From a virus (lineage: Duplodnaviria > Caudoviricetes), in IMG/VR virus record IMGVR_UViG_3300047557_001236, positions 1 through 60,069 of that record: DNA of 60,069 nt. One strand, written 5' to 3'. The first letter of the stretch is position 1, and each line of letters starts with the position of its first letter. The notes under the pieces were generated by a model. The model did not search any database. It saw only the letters and a program-made list of their open reading frames with translations, and was not told where the DNA came from. Shown one piece after another: positions 26,397 to 35,222 of this stretch. The translations under genes and the position numbers were made by a program.

Positions 26397-28600
26397 TATC
26401 TACGTCCATCATTACGAATATCGATACGGGGACTTCCAAGCTGCCAAGCAACACCTAAAGAATCAGACTGAATCCTAAATGCCATTTGTCGTCCACGCAA
26501 ACGTGTATACACCTGACCATCAAACTCTTGTACCGTATACACAGGAACATTTGTAAAGTTGTCAGCGCTTTCAACTGTTGGATTGTCTGCTGTTCCGTAA
26601 GGCGTACCAGAGTTACGTCTTGGTTTTACCTGCATGGTTACATAAGGTTTATTAGTGTTTGACCCATTAAAGTTAATGTCTGGCAATATGCGCCACACAA
26701 AACCAAAATTATGGCCGTCACCAATATCAAAGTCAGATGATTGAATGTACGACACAATTGGCACTGGAGCATCTCCAGAAACATCATCTACTGCAGACTC
26801 ATGGAATAAAATTCTATTGTTGTAATCAGCAGCCATTGGGAACTCACGAATACCAGAATCTAGCCACGCAGTTCTGGCTAAAGATCCGTAATACCATACT
26901 CGCTCTAGGTAATTGTAAATAACGTACTTATCAACCGTATTGCTGTTTTGCGAACAGTAGAACCACCAAACTTCGTTATATCCTTCGTTGCCTCCAGCAA
27001 ACACTTGGAATGATTGTGTTTTATTAATGTCTTCAAAAATGTATTGACGTAGTGCGCATGGTAACGTTTCTACACGTCCAGAGTAAACATAAAACTTATC
27101 AACGCCCATCCAATAAGTTACGTTGTTAACCGTAATCATGGAGTTTGGAGACATTACAGAAATGTTATCCATCAATATTTGAAACCCCCAAACATAAGGA
27201 GGCCCAAGATATTGCATGGAATATATGGCCGAATCTGTCCAAACTAAAATCTCTTGACGGGTCGGTTTGGCACCCATAATAAATGAACCGTTAGAAAGCC
27301 TAAACTCACCAGATTGATTGGTGGCTGCAGGAACCCATTCGTATGGATTTTCTTGGTCTGACCAACGAACCAGCATGGGATCAAAAGTAGTACCAGCAGT
27401 TACTGGATCATAAGGGTTTGCACCAAAAGCAATAATAAAACGTTGGATTGCTGAGGATACAATTTGAAACGTTGCCGTTGGAACCCTAGTTCCATCGTAA
27501 CCAGCCGCTGTTGATTGTGTTGCTAAAGACTGCGCTCTTGTCCCTAATCCACCAGGCGTAGCGTTTGGATAAACTTGATTGGCTGGTATCCAGTAGAAAA
27601 TTGATCCCCCACGGGGCGCTATAAAAAGTTGTTGCCCAAAATTGTCATTTGTCCAAAGTCTTAATTGCTGTCCAATACCAACGCTGGCTGCATCACCCCA
27701 TCCTCGAGTACCAGTTTGTGTATAAGCAATTACATTACCGCCACCAGTAGTGGTTGCATTAGCAGTAGCCTGAACCGTAATTGTGTATGCGTTAGCATTT
27801 GCCACGGTTGGATAAAACAATGTATTTAAGAAAACGCTTGCAACCCCGCCAGTAGCAGCCGCATTGGAGAAAATAACTGCTTGCCCGTTAGTCAAACCAT
27901 GGGCTGTTTGAGTAACTGTAACCACATTACTTCCGTTTGTGGTTGCAAATGGATCAGTTAGGCTTGTTGCTATCCCATCGACAGGCCAAGGCCCAGCACC
28001 CCAGCCGTTACCAAACGTATAAATATTTGATCCTATTGGTTGTTGATATGAGGCAATAATTGTATTTCCACCGCCAGTTGCGTTAGCATTAGCGGTTGCT
28101 GAAACTACGATTGTGTAAGCACTCAAGTTAACAATTGATGCAACCTCGTATTCTCGATTAAGAATAGTATTTGTTATATTGCTTGTGCTAATAGTATTAG
28201 CACCAGAAAAGGTTACATAATCGCCAATACTTGGGCTATATTGTGTATCAATTACTGTTACAACGTTTGATCCATTTGAGATGGTAAACACATTATTTAA
28301 TGCTGGGCTGGATACATACACCACAGGAGTAATGTCGTTATAGGTTCCGCCCTGCTCAATGTAGTATTTTATGTTTGTGCCAACGCCCAAATAATTGGCA
28401 CCACTTAATGCAACCCAATTCCATAGAGATCTGCAAACACCCAAAAACTGGGCTGTAGCCATACGAGTCCAACCACCAATTTTTTCTGGAAATCCAGAAC
28501 GAAAGCGTATTTTGTCACCGTCATACCAGCCACCCTCATTAGAGTAGTCAGTACCCTCTCGGTTTAAACCTGGTCTAAATTGTAGTTTTTGTAATGGCAT
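26396..28600 (-). CDS. Tail nozzle / head-closure protein (P22 gp10/T7 gp12-like position)
   Basis: 734 aa beta-rich; VRWSDQEN..W; lies immediately upstream of ejected proteins. Confidence 0.65.
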   Translation of the reverse strand: MPLQKLQFRPGLNREGTDYSNEGGWYDGDKIRFRSGFPEKIGGWTRMATAQFLGVCRSLWNWVALSGANYLGVGTNIKYYIEQGGTYNDITPVVYVSSPALNNVFTISNGSNVVTVIDTQYSPSIGDYVTFSGANTISTSNITNTILNREYEVASIVNLSAYTIVVSATANANATGGGNTIIASYQQPIGSNIYTFGNGWGAGPWPVDGIATSLTDPFATTNGSNVVTVTQTAHGLTNGQAVIFSNAAATGGVASVFLNTLFYPTVANANAYTITVQATANATTTGGGNVIAYTQTGTRGWGDAASVGIGQQLRLWTNDNFGQQLFIAPRGGSIFYWIPANQVYPNATPGGLGTRAQSLATQSTAAGYDGTRVPTATFQIVSSAIQRFIIAFGANPYDPVTAGTTFDPMLVRWSDQENPYEWVPAATNQSGEFRLSNGSFIMGAKPTRQEILVWTDSAIYSMQYLGPPYVWGFQILMDNISVMSPNSMITVNNVTYWMGVDKFYVYSGRVETLPCALRQYIFEDINKTQSFQVFAGGNEGYNEVWWFYCSQNSNTVDKYVIYNYLERVWYYGSLARTAWLDSGIREFPMAADYNNRILFHESAVDDVSGDAPVPIVSYIQSSDFDIGDGHNFGFVWRILPDINFNGSNTNKPYVTMQVKPRRNSGTPYGTADNPTVESADNFTNVPVYTVQEFDGQVYTRLRGRQMAFRIQSDSLGVAWQLGSPRIDIRNDGRR

Positions 28601-28606
28601 ACTGGT

Positions 28607-29200
28607 TTACCCTAATACTGATTTAGCCTTTGCAATAGCTGCTTTTCGAGCATCCAACCCAAGCAGCCCACCATTAATTCTTTTTGTCATTGTCTCAATA
28701 TCATTCTTGTCTGCCAAGTCATTGAGATTATGTTTATTCCAAAACCATCCTGCACTTAGAGCCGCATATTTAGGATCCAATAACTTATCAGGATCACTGA
28801 CAAGATCCACACCCAAACCGGATCCGCATCGCTCATAGTTTTCCTTTCCTGTGAGCTGCTTAATGCCACGCCCACGATACTTCCAACCATCCCCAGTTTC
28901 TTCTGGGCCGTTACCCATCCGACCACCATAAACTTTATTGGCAATCTTTTCTGGCTGGCGGGCGTATTTGTTAGCCTCTTCTTCCGTTGGGAATCGGCTC
29001 GGCCAAGTAGCCATAAGCGCACGGGCGCTGTAATTTAGATTTTCTTGGAGCAGTTTAAATCCACCAGACTCATGCATACACTGCCCAATAAAACACGCTT
29101 GACGTTGAGGCGTATCAATATTGTACTTATCAAAAGTCTCTTTGAGTGGTTCTAGCCACTTACCATCAATACCGAGAGCAAGTAACTGCGACTCAAGCAT
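28607..29200 (-). CDS. Glycoside hydrolase family 19 endolysin
   Basis: FIGQCMHES, ENLNYS, YRGRGIKQLTGKENY, AGWFW, TKRINGG. Confidence 0.92.
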   Translation of the reverse strand: MLESQLLALGIDGKWLEPLKETFDKYNIDTPQRQACFIGQCMHESGGFKLLQENLNYSARALMATWPSRFPTEEEANKYARQPEKIANKVYGGRMGNGPEETGDGWKYRGRGIKQLTGKENYERCGSGLGVDLVSDPDKLLDPKYAALSAGWFWNKHNLNDLADKNDIETMTKRINGGLLGLDARKAAIAKAKSVLG

Positions 29201-29603
29201 TCTTCTTTTCCTTTGACTTCATATCCATGATTTTTTCAAGGGTACGTCCACCAAAGTAAAAGCTCATTATTAACATGCCCCACTGGCCAAGCAACTCAAC
29301 ATATTTTTCATTGGCATTAGACCCAAATGCTGACATCATGGCAAATACAAAGTAAGCGCCAAGAATAAATATCAGGGTCATAGGGCGAATGTTTTTAGAC
29401 AACCAAGAGTCCGAAGTCATATCGGATTGTTGGCGTTTGGTTAGTTCTTGAGCCTCAATGTTATCGGCATTGAGTTCGGCAAGCCTGCCTTCTTGTTGCA
29501 TCTTAAGAAGTTCTTGCTGGGCTTTAGCCTTGGCTTCTGGGTCGGGGATAAACTTGTCTAAGACCTTCATCCCTACATCAAACAAAGCAGTTAATGGAAA
29601 CAT
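29193..29603 (-). CDS. Holin (3TM, gene-transfer-agent type)
   Basis: LDKFIPDP, SDSWLSKNIRP, TM segments, FYFGGR; adjacent to endolysin; SD GGAGG. Confidence 0.8.
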   Translation of the reverse strand: MFPLTALFDVGMKVLDKFIPDPEAKAKAQQELLKMQQEGRLAELNADNIEAQELTKRQQSDMTSDSWLSKNIRPMTLIFILGAYFVFAMMSAFGSNANEKYVELLGQWGMLIMSFYFGGRTLEKIMDMKSKEKKNA

Positions 29604-29604
29604 A

Positions 29605-29955
29605 TTACCTCCCAATTGCGGTTTGATTTTCACCTTTGTGAACCAACACCTTATCTTTATCAACTGCGACAGATACTGGGTCACGATCAGCCATACGGTC
29701 TAAGCGCTCAATAAGCTGCTTCATGATCTCAAACTCAGGCTTCTCTTGCTTAGGTGTTGCACCAGCCACACCATTCATCATCGAGATAAGGGCTGTTAAA
29801 GAAGCACCAAGTAGCCCCATCACCGCAGCCATTTTGGATTCTTCAAGGACAATAGAAGCGCCCACACCCATCGCCACAATAAGGGTGATGTAGATTAAAC
29901 CGTGCCGACCAATTGCTTTGCCAGCAACTTCTTTCGCTGACTCATGCTCATTCAT
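29605..29955 (-). CDS. Two-TM membrane protein of the lysis cassette
   Basis: Two hydrophobic helices. Confidence 0.6.
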   Translation of the reverse strand: MNEHESAKEVAGKAIGRHGLIYITLIVAMGVGASIVLEESKMAAVMGLLGASLTALISMMNGVAGATPKQEKPEFEIMKQLIERLDRMADRDPVSVAVDKDKVLVHKGENQTAIGR

Positions 29956-30161
29956 AGCGTGCTCCCACCAAACGACATATTAGCAACAACAATAGATACA
30001 TGTTGCTCAGGCTCTTCTAAGCTATGACCACAGTCACTACACATTTTGGCAGCAAGTTCCGCCTCAGAAACATCGTACCCGCAATTAGGACAATAAATTT
30101 CAATCGTATGGCGTGGTTTAAATTCACCGCCATTCATAGAGTCTTGGATTTCTTTAATCAT
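29952..30161 (-). CDS. Zinc-ribbon protein
   Basis: CPNCG...CSDCG. Confidence 0.65.
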   Translation of the reverse strand: MIKEIQDSMNGGEFKPRHTIEIYCPNCGYDVSEAELAAKMCSDCGHSLEEPEQHVSIVVANMSFGGSTL

Positions 30162-30165
30162 AATT

Positions 30166-31287
30166 TTAAGTTTTAATAATAAAGTTGATGCCTAAATATG
30201 GTGGCAAGTTTGCATTTGTACCACTAGATCCAGCAGAAGCAACGGTTGTGGCAACAGAAACGCCTGTGGTTGCTGAATTAACCCCTACAGTTGCCATACC
30301 ATATGATCTAATATCAGCACGAACGTTAATTCCACCGCCAGCGTAATTACCAAGGAAGTTATTACCATTAGATGAGTGTGTATGGCCTGGGTCTGTAACA
30401 GATGAGGTTGCTGTATGTGTATGACTTACAACAATAGCATCTTTGCTACCGCCTGTTGTACCAATACTTGCAGCAATTGTTCCACTGCCAATTGGCATCC
30501 GATCACGGTAGTCTGGTAGGTTAAAAGTTGTAAGTCCATCACCACTACCAAATGTGGTTCCTATAATTGCAAATAATGCAGCATAGGTTGATCTTGATAC
30601 TGGAGTGCCATCGCACAATAAATATCCAGTTGGAGCAGATCCTGTTGGCCACATTAATAAAGAACCAGTAACGATTGAGTTCTGGTTTACAAACGCAGTT
30701 GTAGCGATTTGTGTGGTGTTTGTTCCAGCCGCTGCTGTTGGTGCAGTCGGCGTTCCAGTAAATGCAGGTGATACAGATGAAATTGCACCAGAAAATGTAG
30801 CTGTTGTTCCAGATAGGGCACCAGTTACAGATGCGTTGCCTGAAGTTGATAAGTCTCCAGATACAGTAAAACTACCAGCAGATCCTGTTAATCCGTTATA
30901 AAAATTTACACCGTCACAATAAACAAGGCAGGTTGCTCCGTTTGGAATTACTACACCAGTTCCAGAAGAGCCAATAATTCTAATTCCATAACCACCAGCC
31001 GTATTGTTTGTAACGGTATATAGCTTTTTAACAAGCGGTGGAATCACATTACGAATTGCGTTATTTGATCCATTTACAACTAAAACAGCACTTCTGGCTT
31101 CGTCTGTAATGCCATTAAAGCTGGTTAATGTGTAATTGGCATCCGTCATAGTAATTGACGTAACACCAGTAATTGCCTGCTCAACCAATGTACCTAGGTT
31201 TGTATTTGTAGTTTGCCCCCAAATACCAGACTGATCGCCATCACCAATCAGCGCTAACTTTAAACTGGTTGAATATGTTGTTGCCAT
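30166..31287 (-). CDS. Tail fibre protein with tail-collar domain
   Basis: G...MW....PTGYLLCDG..VSR.TYAALFAIIGT.FG.GDG.TTFNLPD; NLPPY..INFIIK. Confidence 0.88.
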   Translation of the reverse strand: MATTYSTSLKLALIGDGDQSGIWGQTTNTNLGTLVEQAITGVTSITMTDANYTLTSFNGITDEARSAVLVVNGSNNAIRNVIPPLVKKLYTVTNNTAGGYGIRIIGSSGTGVVIPNGATCLVYCDGVNFYNGLTGSAGSFTVSGDLSTSGNASVTGALSGTTATFSGAISSVSPAFTGTPTAPTAAAGTNTTQIATTAFVNQNSIVTGSLLMWPTGSAPTGYLLCDGTPVSRSTYAALFAIIGTTFGSGDGLTTFNLPDYRDRMPIGSGTIAASIGTTGGSKDAIVVSHTHTATSSVTDPGHTHSSNGNNFLGNYAGGGINVRADIRSYGMATVGVNSATTGVSVATTVASAGSSGTNANLPPYLGINFIIKT

Positions 31288-31296
31288 AATTTATCC

Positions 31297-32280
31297 TTAA
31301 TCATCAAAGCCCGAAGGCACTAATACTTTTGTCCAATTCGGTGACTGACTTGGAGTAATTTCACCCCAACCAGGCGTTTGACTTGGACTAATTTCGCTCC
31401 ATCCAGCCACTTGGCTGGGGCTTATTTCGCTCCATCCAGCCACTTGGCTAGGACTAATATCCGCCCATCCAGCAATTTGGGCATCATCTACCAATCCCCA
31501 AACGTTTACGACATTAAGTTTAACAACAGCCTTAACACCTGTCACTAGGACAGTAGCCGACCCAGAAATCGCTACATCGCCAATCCTACCAACTGCAAAA
31601 GTACCCGTTACAAAGACTTCTGCGCCACCCGATACATCTACGTTTCCAAGCCTGCCAACGGCGTAAACGCCAGTTAAATCAACAATTACATCGCCTATAA
31701 CCGTAACCGAGCCTGTAACCCCAATTGCAGCTACCCCAGTTACCGTAACCACCGCACCAGCTTGGACGTCTACATTGCCAATGCGCCCTACCGCATATAC
31801 CCCAGTTAAATCTACAATCGCATCAGCATTTACAGTTACATCGCCAACTCGACCTACGGCAAATACGCCAGTAGTATCTACAGTGGCATCGCCAGTAATT
31901 TGTGCATTGCCAACCCTAGCAACCGCATAAACGCCTGTTAAATTAGTTACTGCGTTTGCTTGGGCGTCTACATCGCCAACCCGACCTACTGCATAAACAC
32001 CCGTGAAGTCTGCAGTACTATCCGCTTCGACGGTTACGGTACCAACTAATACGGGTGCTTTAATACCTGTTAATGCTACATTTGCTTGTGCTACAACTGA
32101 TACTGTTCCTACTTGACCAACGGCATTAACACTAGTGACATCTATATTTTGGTCAGTATTTACGTTAACTGTGCCTACAACACCGACAGCAGTTACGCCA
32201 GTAAGATTAACTAGCGCATCAACTGCGACCTGCCCTGAATCCGCAAACGGGGCGCCAGCATAGGGAAAACCCGCAAACAT
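31297..32280 (-). CDS. Beta-repeat structural protein
   Basis: About 22-aa LTGV.AVG.VG.V.V repeats plus C-terminal 11-aa Trp repeats. Confidence 0.7.
   Translation of the reverse strand: MFAGFPYAGAPFADSGQVAVDALVNLTGVTAVGVVGTVNVNTDQNIDVTSVNAVGQVGTVSVVAQANVALTGIKAPVLVGTVTVEADSTADFTGVYAVGRVGDVDAQANAVTNLTGVYAVARVGNAQITGDATVDTTGVFAVGRVGDVTVNADAIVDLTGVYAVGRIGNVDVQAGAVVTVTGVAAIGVTGSVTVIGDVIVDLTGVYAVGRLGNVDVSGGAEVFVTGTFAVGRIGDVAISGSATVLVTGVKAVVKLNVVNVWGLVDDAQIAGWADISPSQVAGWSEISPSQVAGWSEISPSQTPGWGEITPSQSPNWTKVLVPSGFDD
31333..31500 (-). repeat. 33-bp coding tandem repeat, about 5 copies
   Basis: WGLVDDAQIAG WADISPSQVAG WSEISPSQVAG WSEISPSQTPG WGEITPSQSPN W. Confidence 0.85.
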
Positions 32281-32558
32281 TATCTATTCTCTGCAAAAAT
32301 ATTTACAAACACAGTACCATCTTCTAAAGCCTCAATTTCATGCCACTCATTTGCCAAAAGGTTCACTGGTTTGGTATCTTTTGTCATGACTAACTCTTTG
32401 TTTTCTTTACGAATAATGCAAGATCCAGCATTGCACATGGTTGCATGGCTATACAAATGTTCATGCCTTGGTAAACCCTGTCCTTTATTGGCATGAAACA
32501 CTGCAACGGTTACGCCGTTATATGTAAACGCATGCTTATGCGGAACTTGAATAATCAT
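32280..32558 (-). CDS. Cupin-fold protein
   Basis: LPRHEH.YSH...G and WHEIEALEDGT. Confidence 0.8.
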   Translation of the reverse strand: MIIQVPHKHAFTYNGVTVAVFHANKGQGLPRHEHLYSHATMCNAGSCIIRKENKELVMTKDTKPVNLLANEWHEIEALEDGTVFVNIFAENR

Positions 32559-32854
32559 AAGTCTTGGGTACCAACGTTTTCCATTTGTTTCACTGGCTCT
32601 GCAGGTAACGGCACCACTAATGAAGCTATGACATTTGCATTAGGTATGCCAGCTTTTAGTCTTTCCATTCTTTCAATAACCCAAGACGGATATTGAGACA
32701 TAATTCTTTGCTCTAGTTCTTCGCCAGTAATATAGTTACCATCCTCTCCGATAGGTACGTCAATACCCCAAATGCCAACTATTTCACCGTTGTGCCGATA
32801 GGCTACAGTAATAGATCCTGTTTTTTCGTCAAAAGAAGTAATTTGGTATTCCAT
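32555..32854 (-). CDS. Hypothetical protein
   Basis: SD GGAG; tiles the operon. Confidence 0.65.
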   Translation of the reverse strand: MEYQITSFDEKTGSITVAYRHNGEIVGIWGIDVPIGEDGNYITGEELEQRIMSQYPSWVIERMERLKAGIPNANVIASLVVPLPAEPVKQMENVGTQDL

Positions 32855-32866
32855 ATTTAAGCTCCG

Positions 32867-33745
32867 TTAAGATATACCGCCATTGCGAGTTCCAAAGGCT
32901 AACCAAGTTATGTTTGAATTTCCAGTTACAGCAGCGCCACCAGCTCCTCCAAATCCTGGGCTTCCTGATGGAGCGGTTTGCCCTGCAGATCCCCAGCCTC
33001 CTCCGTTGCCTCCAGGAGAAGCTCCACCACCACCAGCACCGCCCGCACCGCCAGCAGCGGCAAATGTTCCAGCGCCGCCAGGGCTTCCTGGTCTATCTCC
33101 ACCGCCAGCTGCACCGCCAGCGGAGTTTGTTCGACCCGTTCTTCCACCACCGCCACCGCCACCGCCGTTTGTAAAACAACCGTCAAAATCACCCTGACCA
33201 CCACCGCCACCACCGCCGCCACCAGCAATGGTGCCGTTATTGGTAATAGTTATTGCAACCGACACTGCAAGGGCTGTACCACCCCCGCCTCCTGCTGTTG
33301 CAAAAGGGGGATTGTAACCACCGCCTCTTCCAGCAGCACCACCCATTCCATTAATGAAGCCGTTGTTGATTAAAAATACTCCAGCTGGGAAAGAGCCGTT
33401 AACAGTCAATCCTGGCGTCCCAGTTGAGTTTGATGAAACAACGATTCCATTTGCTATGGTTGCCTCAACAATATCTGCAGTGTTCCATCCAGCATTTATG
33501 GCAAGGGTTCTTAAATTTGCATTAGTTGTATCGGCAGAAATAGTAAAACTAAATGTTTTTGTTTTGCCATAAAAATTTGTCGGCACAATTATGGTGGATT
33601 GTGGTGTAGTTACGTTAGCCAAAGCTCTAACGTTCGTATCGTTAAGTGATACTTGTGCAGTAGCACTTTGTCCTAACTCGATATTAATTGATTCCCCTGT
33701 TACGGATCCCCCTAAACTAATTGGGCCAGATGCATTTAGTGTCAT
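32867..33745 (-). CDS. Glycine-rich tail fibre/adhesin-like protein
   Basis: SGPISL..SIN.ELG N-terminus and long polyglycine runs. Confidence 0.7.
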   Translation of the reverse strand: MTLNASGPISLGGSVTGESINIELGQSATAQVSLNDTNVRALANVTTPQSTIIVPTNFYGKTKTFSFTISADTTNANLRTLAINAGWNTADIVEATIANGIVVSSNSTGTPGLTVNGSFPAGVFLINNGFINGMGGAAGRGGGYNPPFATAGGGGGTALAVSVAITITNNGTIAGGGGGGGGGQGDFDGCFTNGGGGGGGGRTGRTNSAGGAAGGGDRPGSPGGAGTFAAAGGAGGAGGGGASPGGNGGGWGSAGQTAPSGSPGFGGAGGAAVTGNSNITWLAFGTRNGGIS

Positions 33746-33760
33746 TTATGCCACCCATTA

Positions 33761-34417
33761 TTATTTATTTAGCGATGCTTTAATTTCTTTTATTTCTAAA
33801 GACATCTCCTTAATGGCTTCAATTAAAAGAGGCACTAATTTTTCGTATCTTACCGTTAAATATTGGCTATCGATTGGAGCAGGAGCTACAACCTCTGGCA
33901 TAACTTTTTCAACTTGTTGAGCAGACACTCCGACCTCTTTTTTAGGTTCGTAACCAAGCGCTTGAGCTGTTTCGTTAGCTTGATAATAGAACCCATCAAG
34001 TGTCATTAATTTTTCAAGAGCGTTTTCAATATTACCTAGTTTTGTTTTTAGTCGCTCGTCTGAAAAATAAGCAGTAATGTTATTAGTTGCTCTAATTTCA
34101 CCAGTTGTCCCAGAAGAAGAGGTTCCAACGCCTAAAGTTCTTACGTTATCTGTTAATACCCAAACATTTCCATTTGATCCAATAAAAGAACCTCTGTTTC
34201 CATATGGCGATGGCAGTCCAATATTTTCTACGGTCGTTACTGTATAAGATCCATTAGATGCATTTGAGTCTCCACCATTTAAAGTGCCTAAAGTAAATGC
34301 TCCTTGTTGTGGAACTTTAATAGCTTCCCAAACGGTACCGTCCCACCGCCAAGAATATCCATTATTGGTGTATATATCACCAGTAGATGGACTAGAAGGA
34401 AACAGTATTGCAGCCAT
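33761..34417 (-). CDS. Tail fibre protein with intramolecular chaperone (peptidase S74) domain
   Basis: FPSSP..G..Y...W.WDG..W N-terminus; SDERLK...GVSAQ.V..VMPE.V...LLIEAIKE. Confidence 0.85.
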   Translation of the reverse strand: MAAILFPSSPSTGDIYTNNGYSWRWDGTVWEAIKVPQQGAFTLGTLNGGDSNASNGSYTVTTVENIGLPSPYGNRGSFIGSNGNVWVLTDNVRTLGVGTSSSGTTGEIRATNNITAYFSDERLKTKLGNIENALEKLMTLDGFYYQANETAQALGYEPKKEVGVSAQQVEKVMPEVVAPAPIDSQYLTVRYEKLVPLLIEAIKEMSLEIKEIKASLNK

Positions 34418-34418
34418 A

Positions 34419-35222
34419 TTATGACCAGTTTCCGATAGTAATATTGGTTACGCCGCTGGTTCCGCTCATTGGGGAAATCTTAAAGTAAGAACCTACACCA
34501 ACTACTGCGGCGGCGGCAACACCCAATGAAACTTGAGGAATAACTGTTCCAGTCACAGTAATGTTAATTGTTCCTCTAATCCAAGCGTAACCAACAGTAT
34601 TGACTGATGCGGTTGCTAAGGTTGTGTTGGCTGCCGTATTGTATGTAGATTGCGTGGCTGTAGCAGTTGCTAATGTGGCAGTTCCCTTTTGTGCAATTGA
34701 CCACCAACGTTGTGTATAAGTTGCTGTTCCAGCTAAAGCAAATCCAAACGAACCAGATGACGCAGACATTGAAGATAACGAATAAAAACACTCAAATTGA
34801 TAGTTTCCAACTGGTAGAGTAATTGCGCCGTTAGCAGTGTTATTAAATAACCGTTGTGCAGCAGTTTGCGATGTAAGAGTGTATGTTGAATTTAAAACCA
34901 GCAAAGATTCAGCGGGCAAAGCGCCTCTTGCACTAGCTGCAAAGTCACCATAAAACACAGTGCCGTCATATTCGACAGCGCCAGCAGCGGGGGTGGTTAG
35001 GTTGGTTCCAGATGCAAGCTGCAAAGGCGGAACAGTTGTCGTTCCAGCAACTCCATTTAAAGCAGTTCCGTATGGCAAAGATGTCCATGCGGTTGTGCCA
35101 TCACCAATCTTTATTTTTTTGGTATCTGTTTCTAAAGCCCATTCTCCAGCCGCCAAAGTAGGATTGGCTGAAGTCCAGTTTGCTGCCGTATCTCGGCGTA
35201 CTTGTATAGTTACTGCTGGCAT
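34419..35222 (-). CDS. Fibre protein with Mtd-like N-terminal domain
   Basis: IQVRRDTAANW...NPTLAAGE...ETDT.K.KIGDG..AW..LPY. Confidence 0.8.
   Translation of the reverse strand: MPAVTIQVRRDTAANWTSANPTLAAGEWALETDTKKIKIGDGTTAWTSLPYGTALNGVAGTTTVPPLQLASGTNLTTPAAGAVEYDGTVFYGDFAASARGALPAESLLVLNSTYTLTSQTAAQRLFNNTANGAITLPVGNYQFECFYSLSSMSASSGSFGFALAGTATYTQRWWSIAQKGTATLATATATQSTYNTAANTTLATASVNTVGYAWIRGTINITVTGTVIPQVSLGVAAAAVVGVGSYFKISPMSGTSGVTNITIGNWS

Noticed and set aside
34419-35222. Diversity-generating retroelement suggested by the Mtd-like domain
   Set aside because: Only the N-terminal Mtd-type module is present; no reverse transcriptase and no TR/VR pair differing at adenines was seen.
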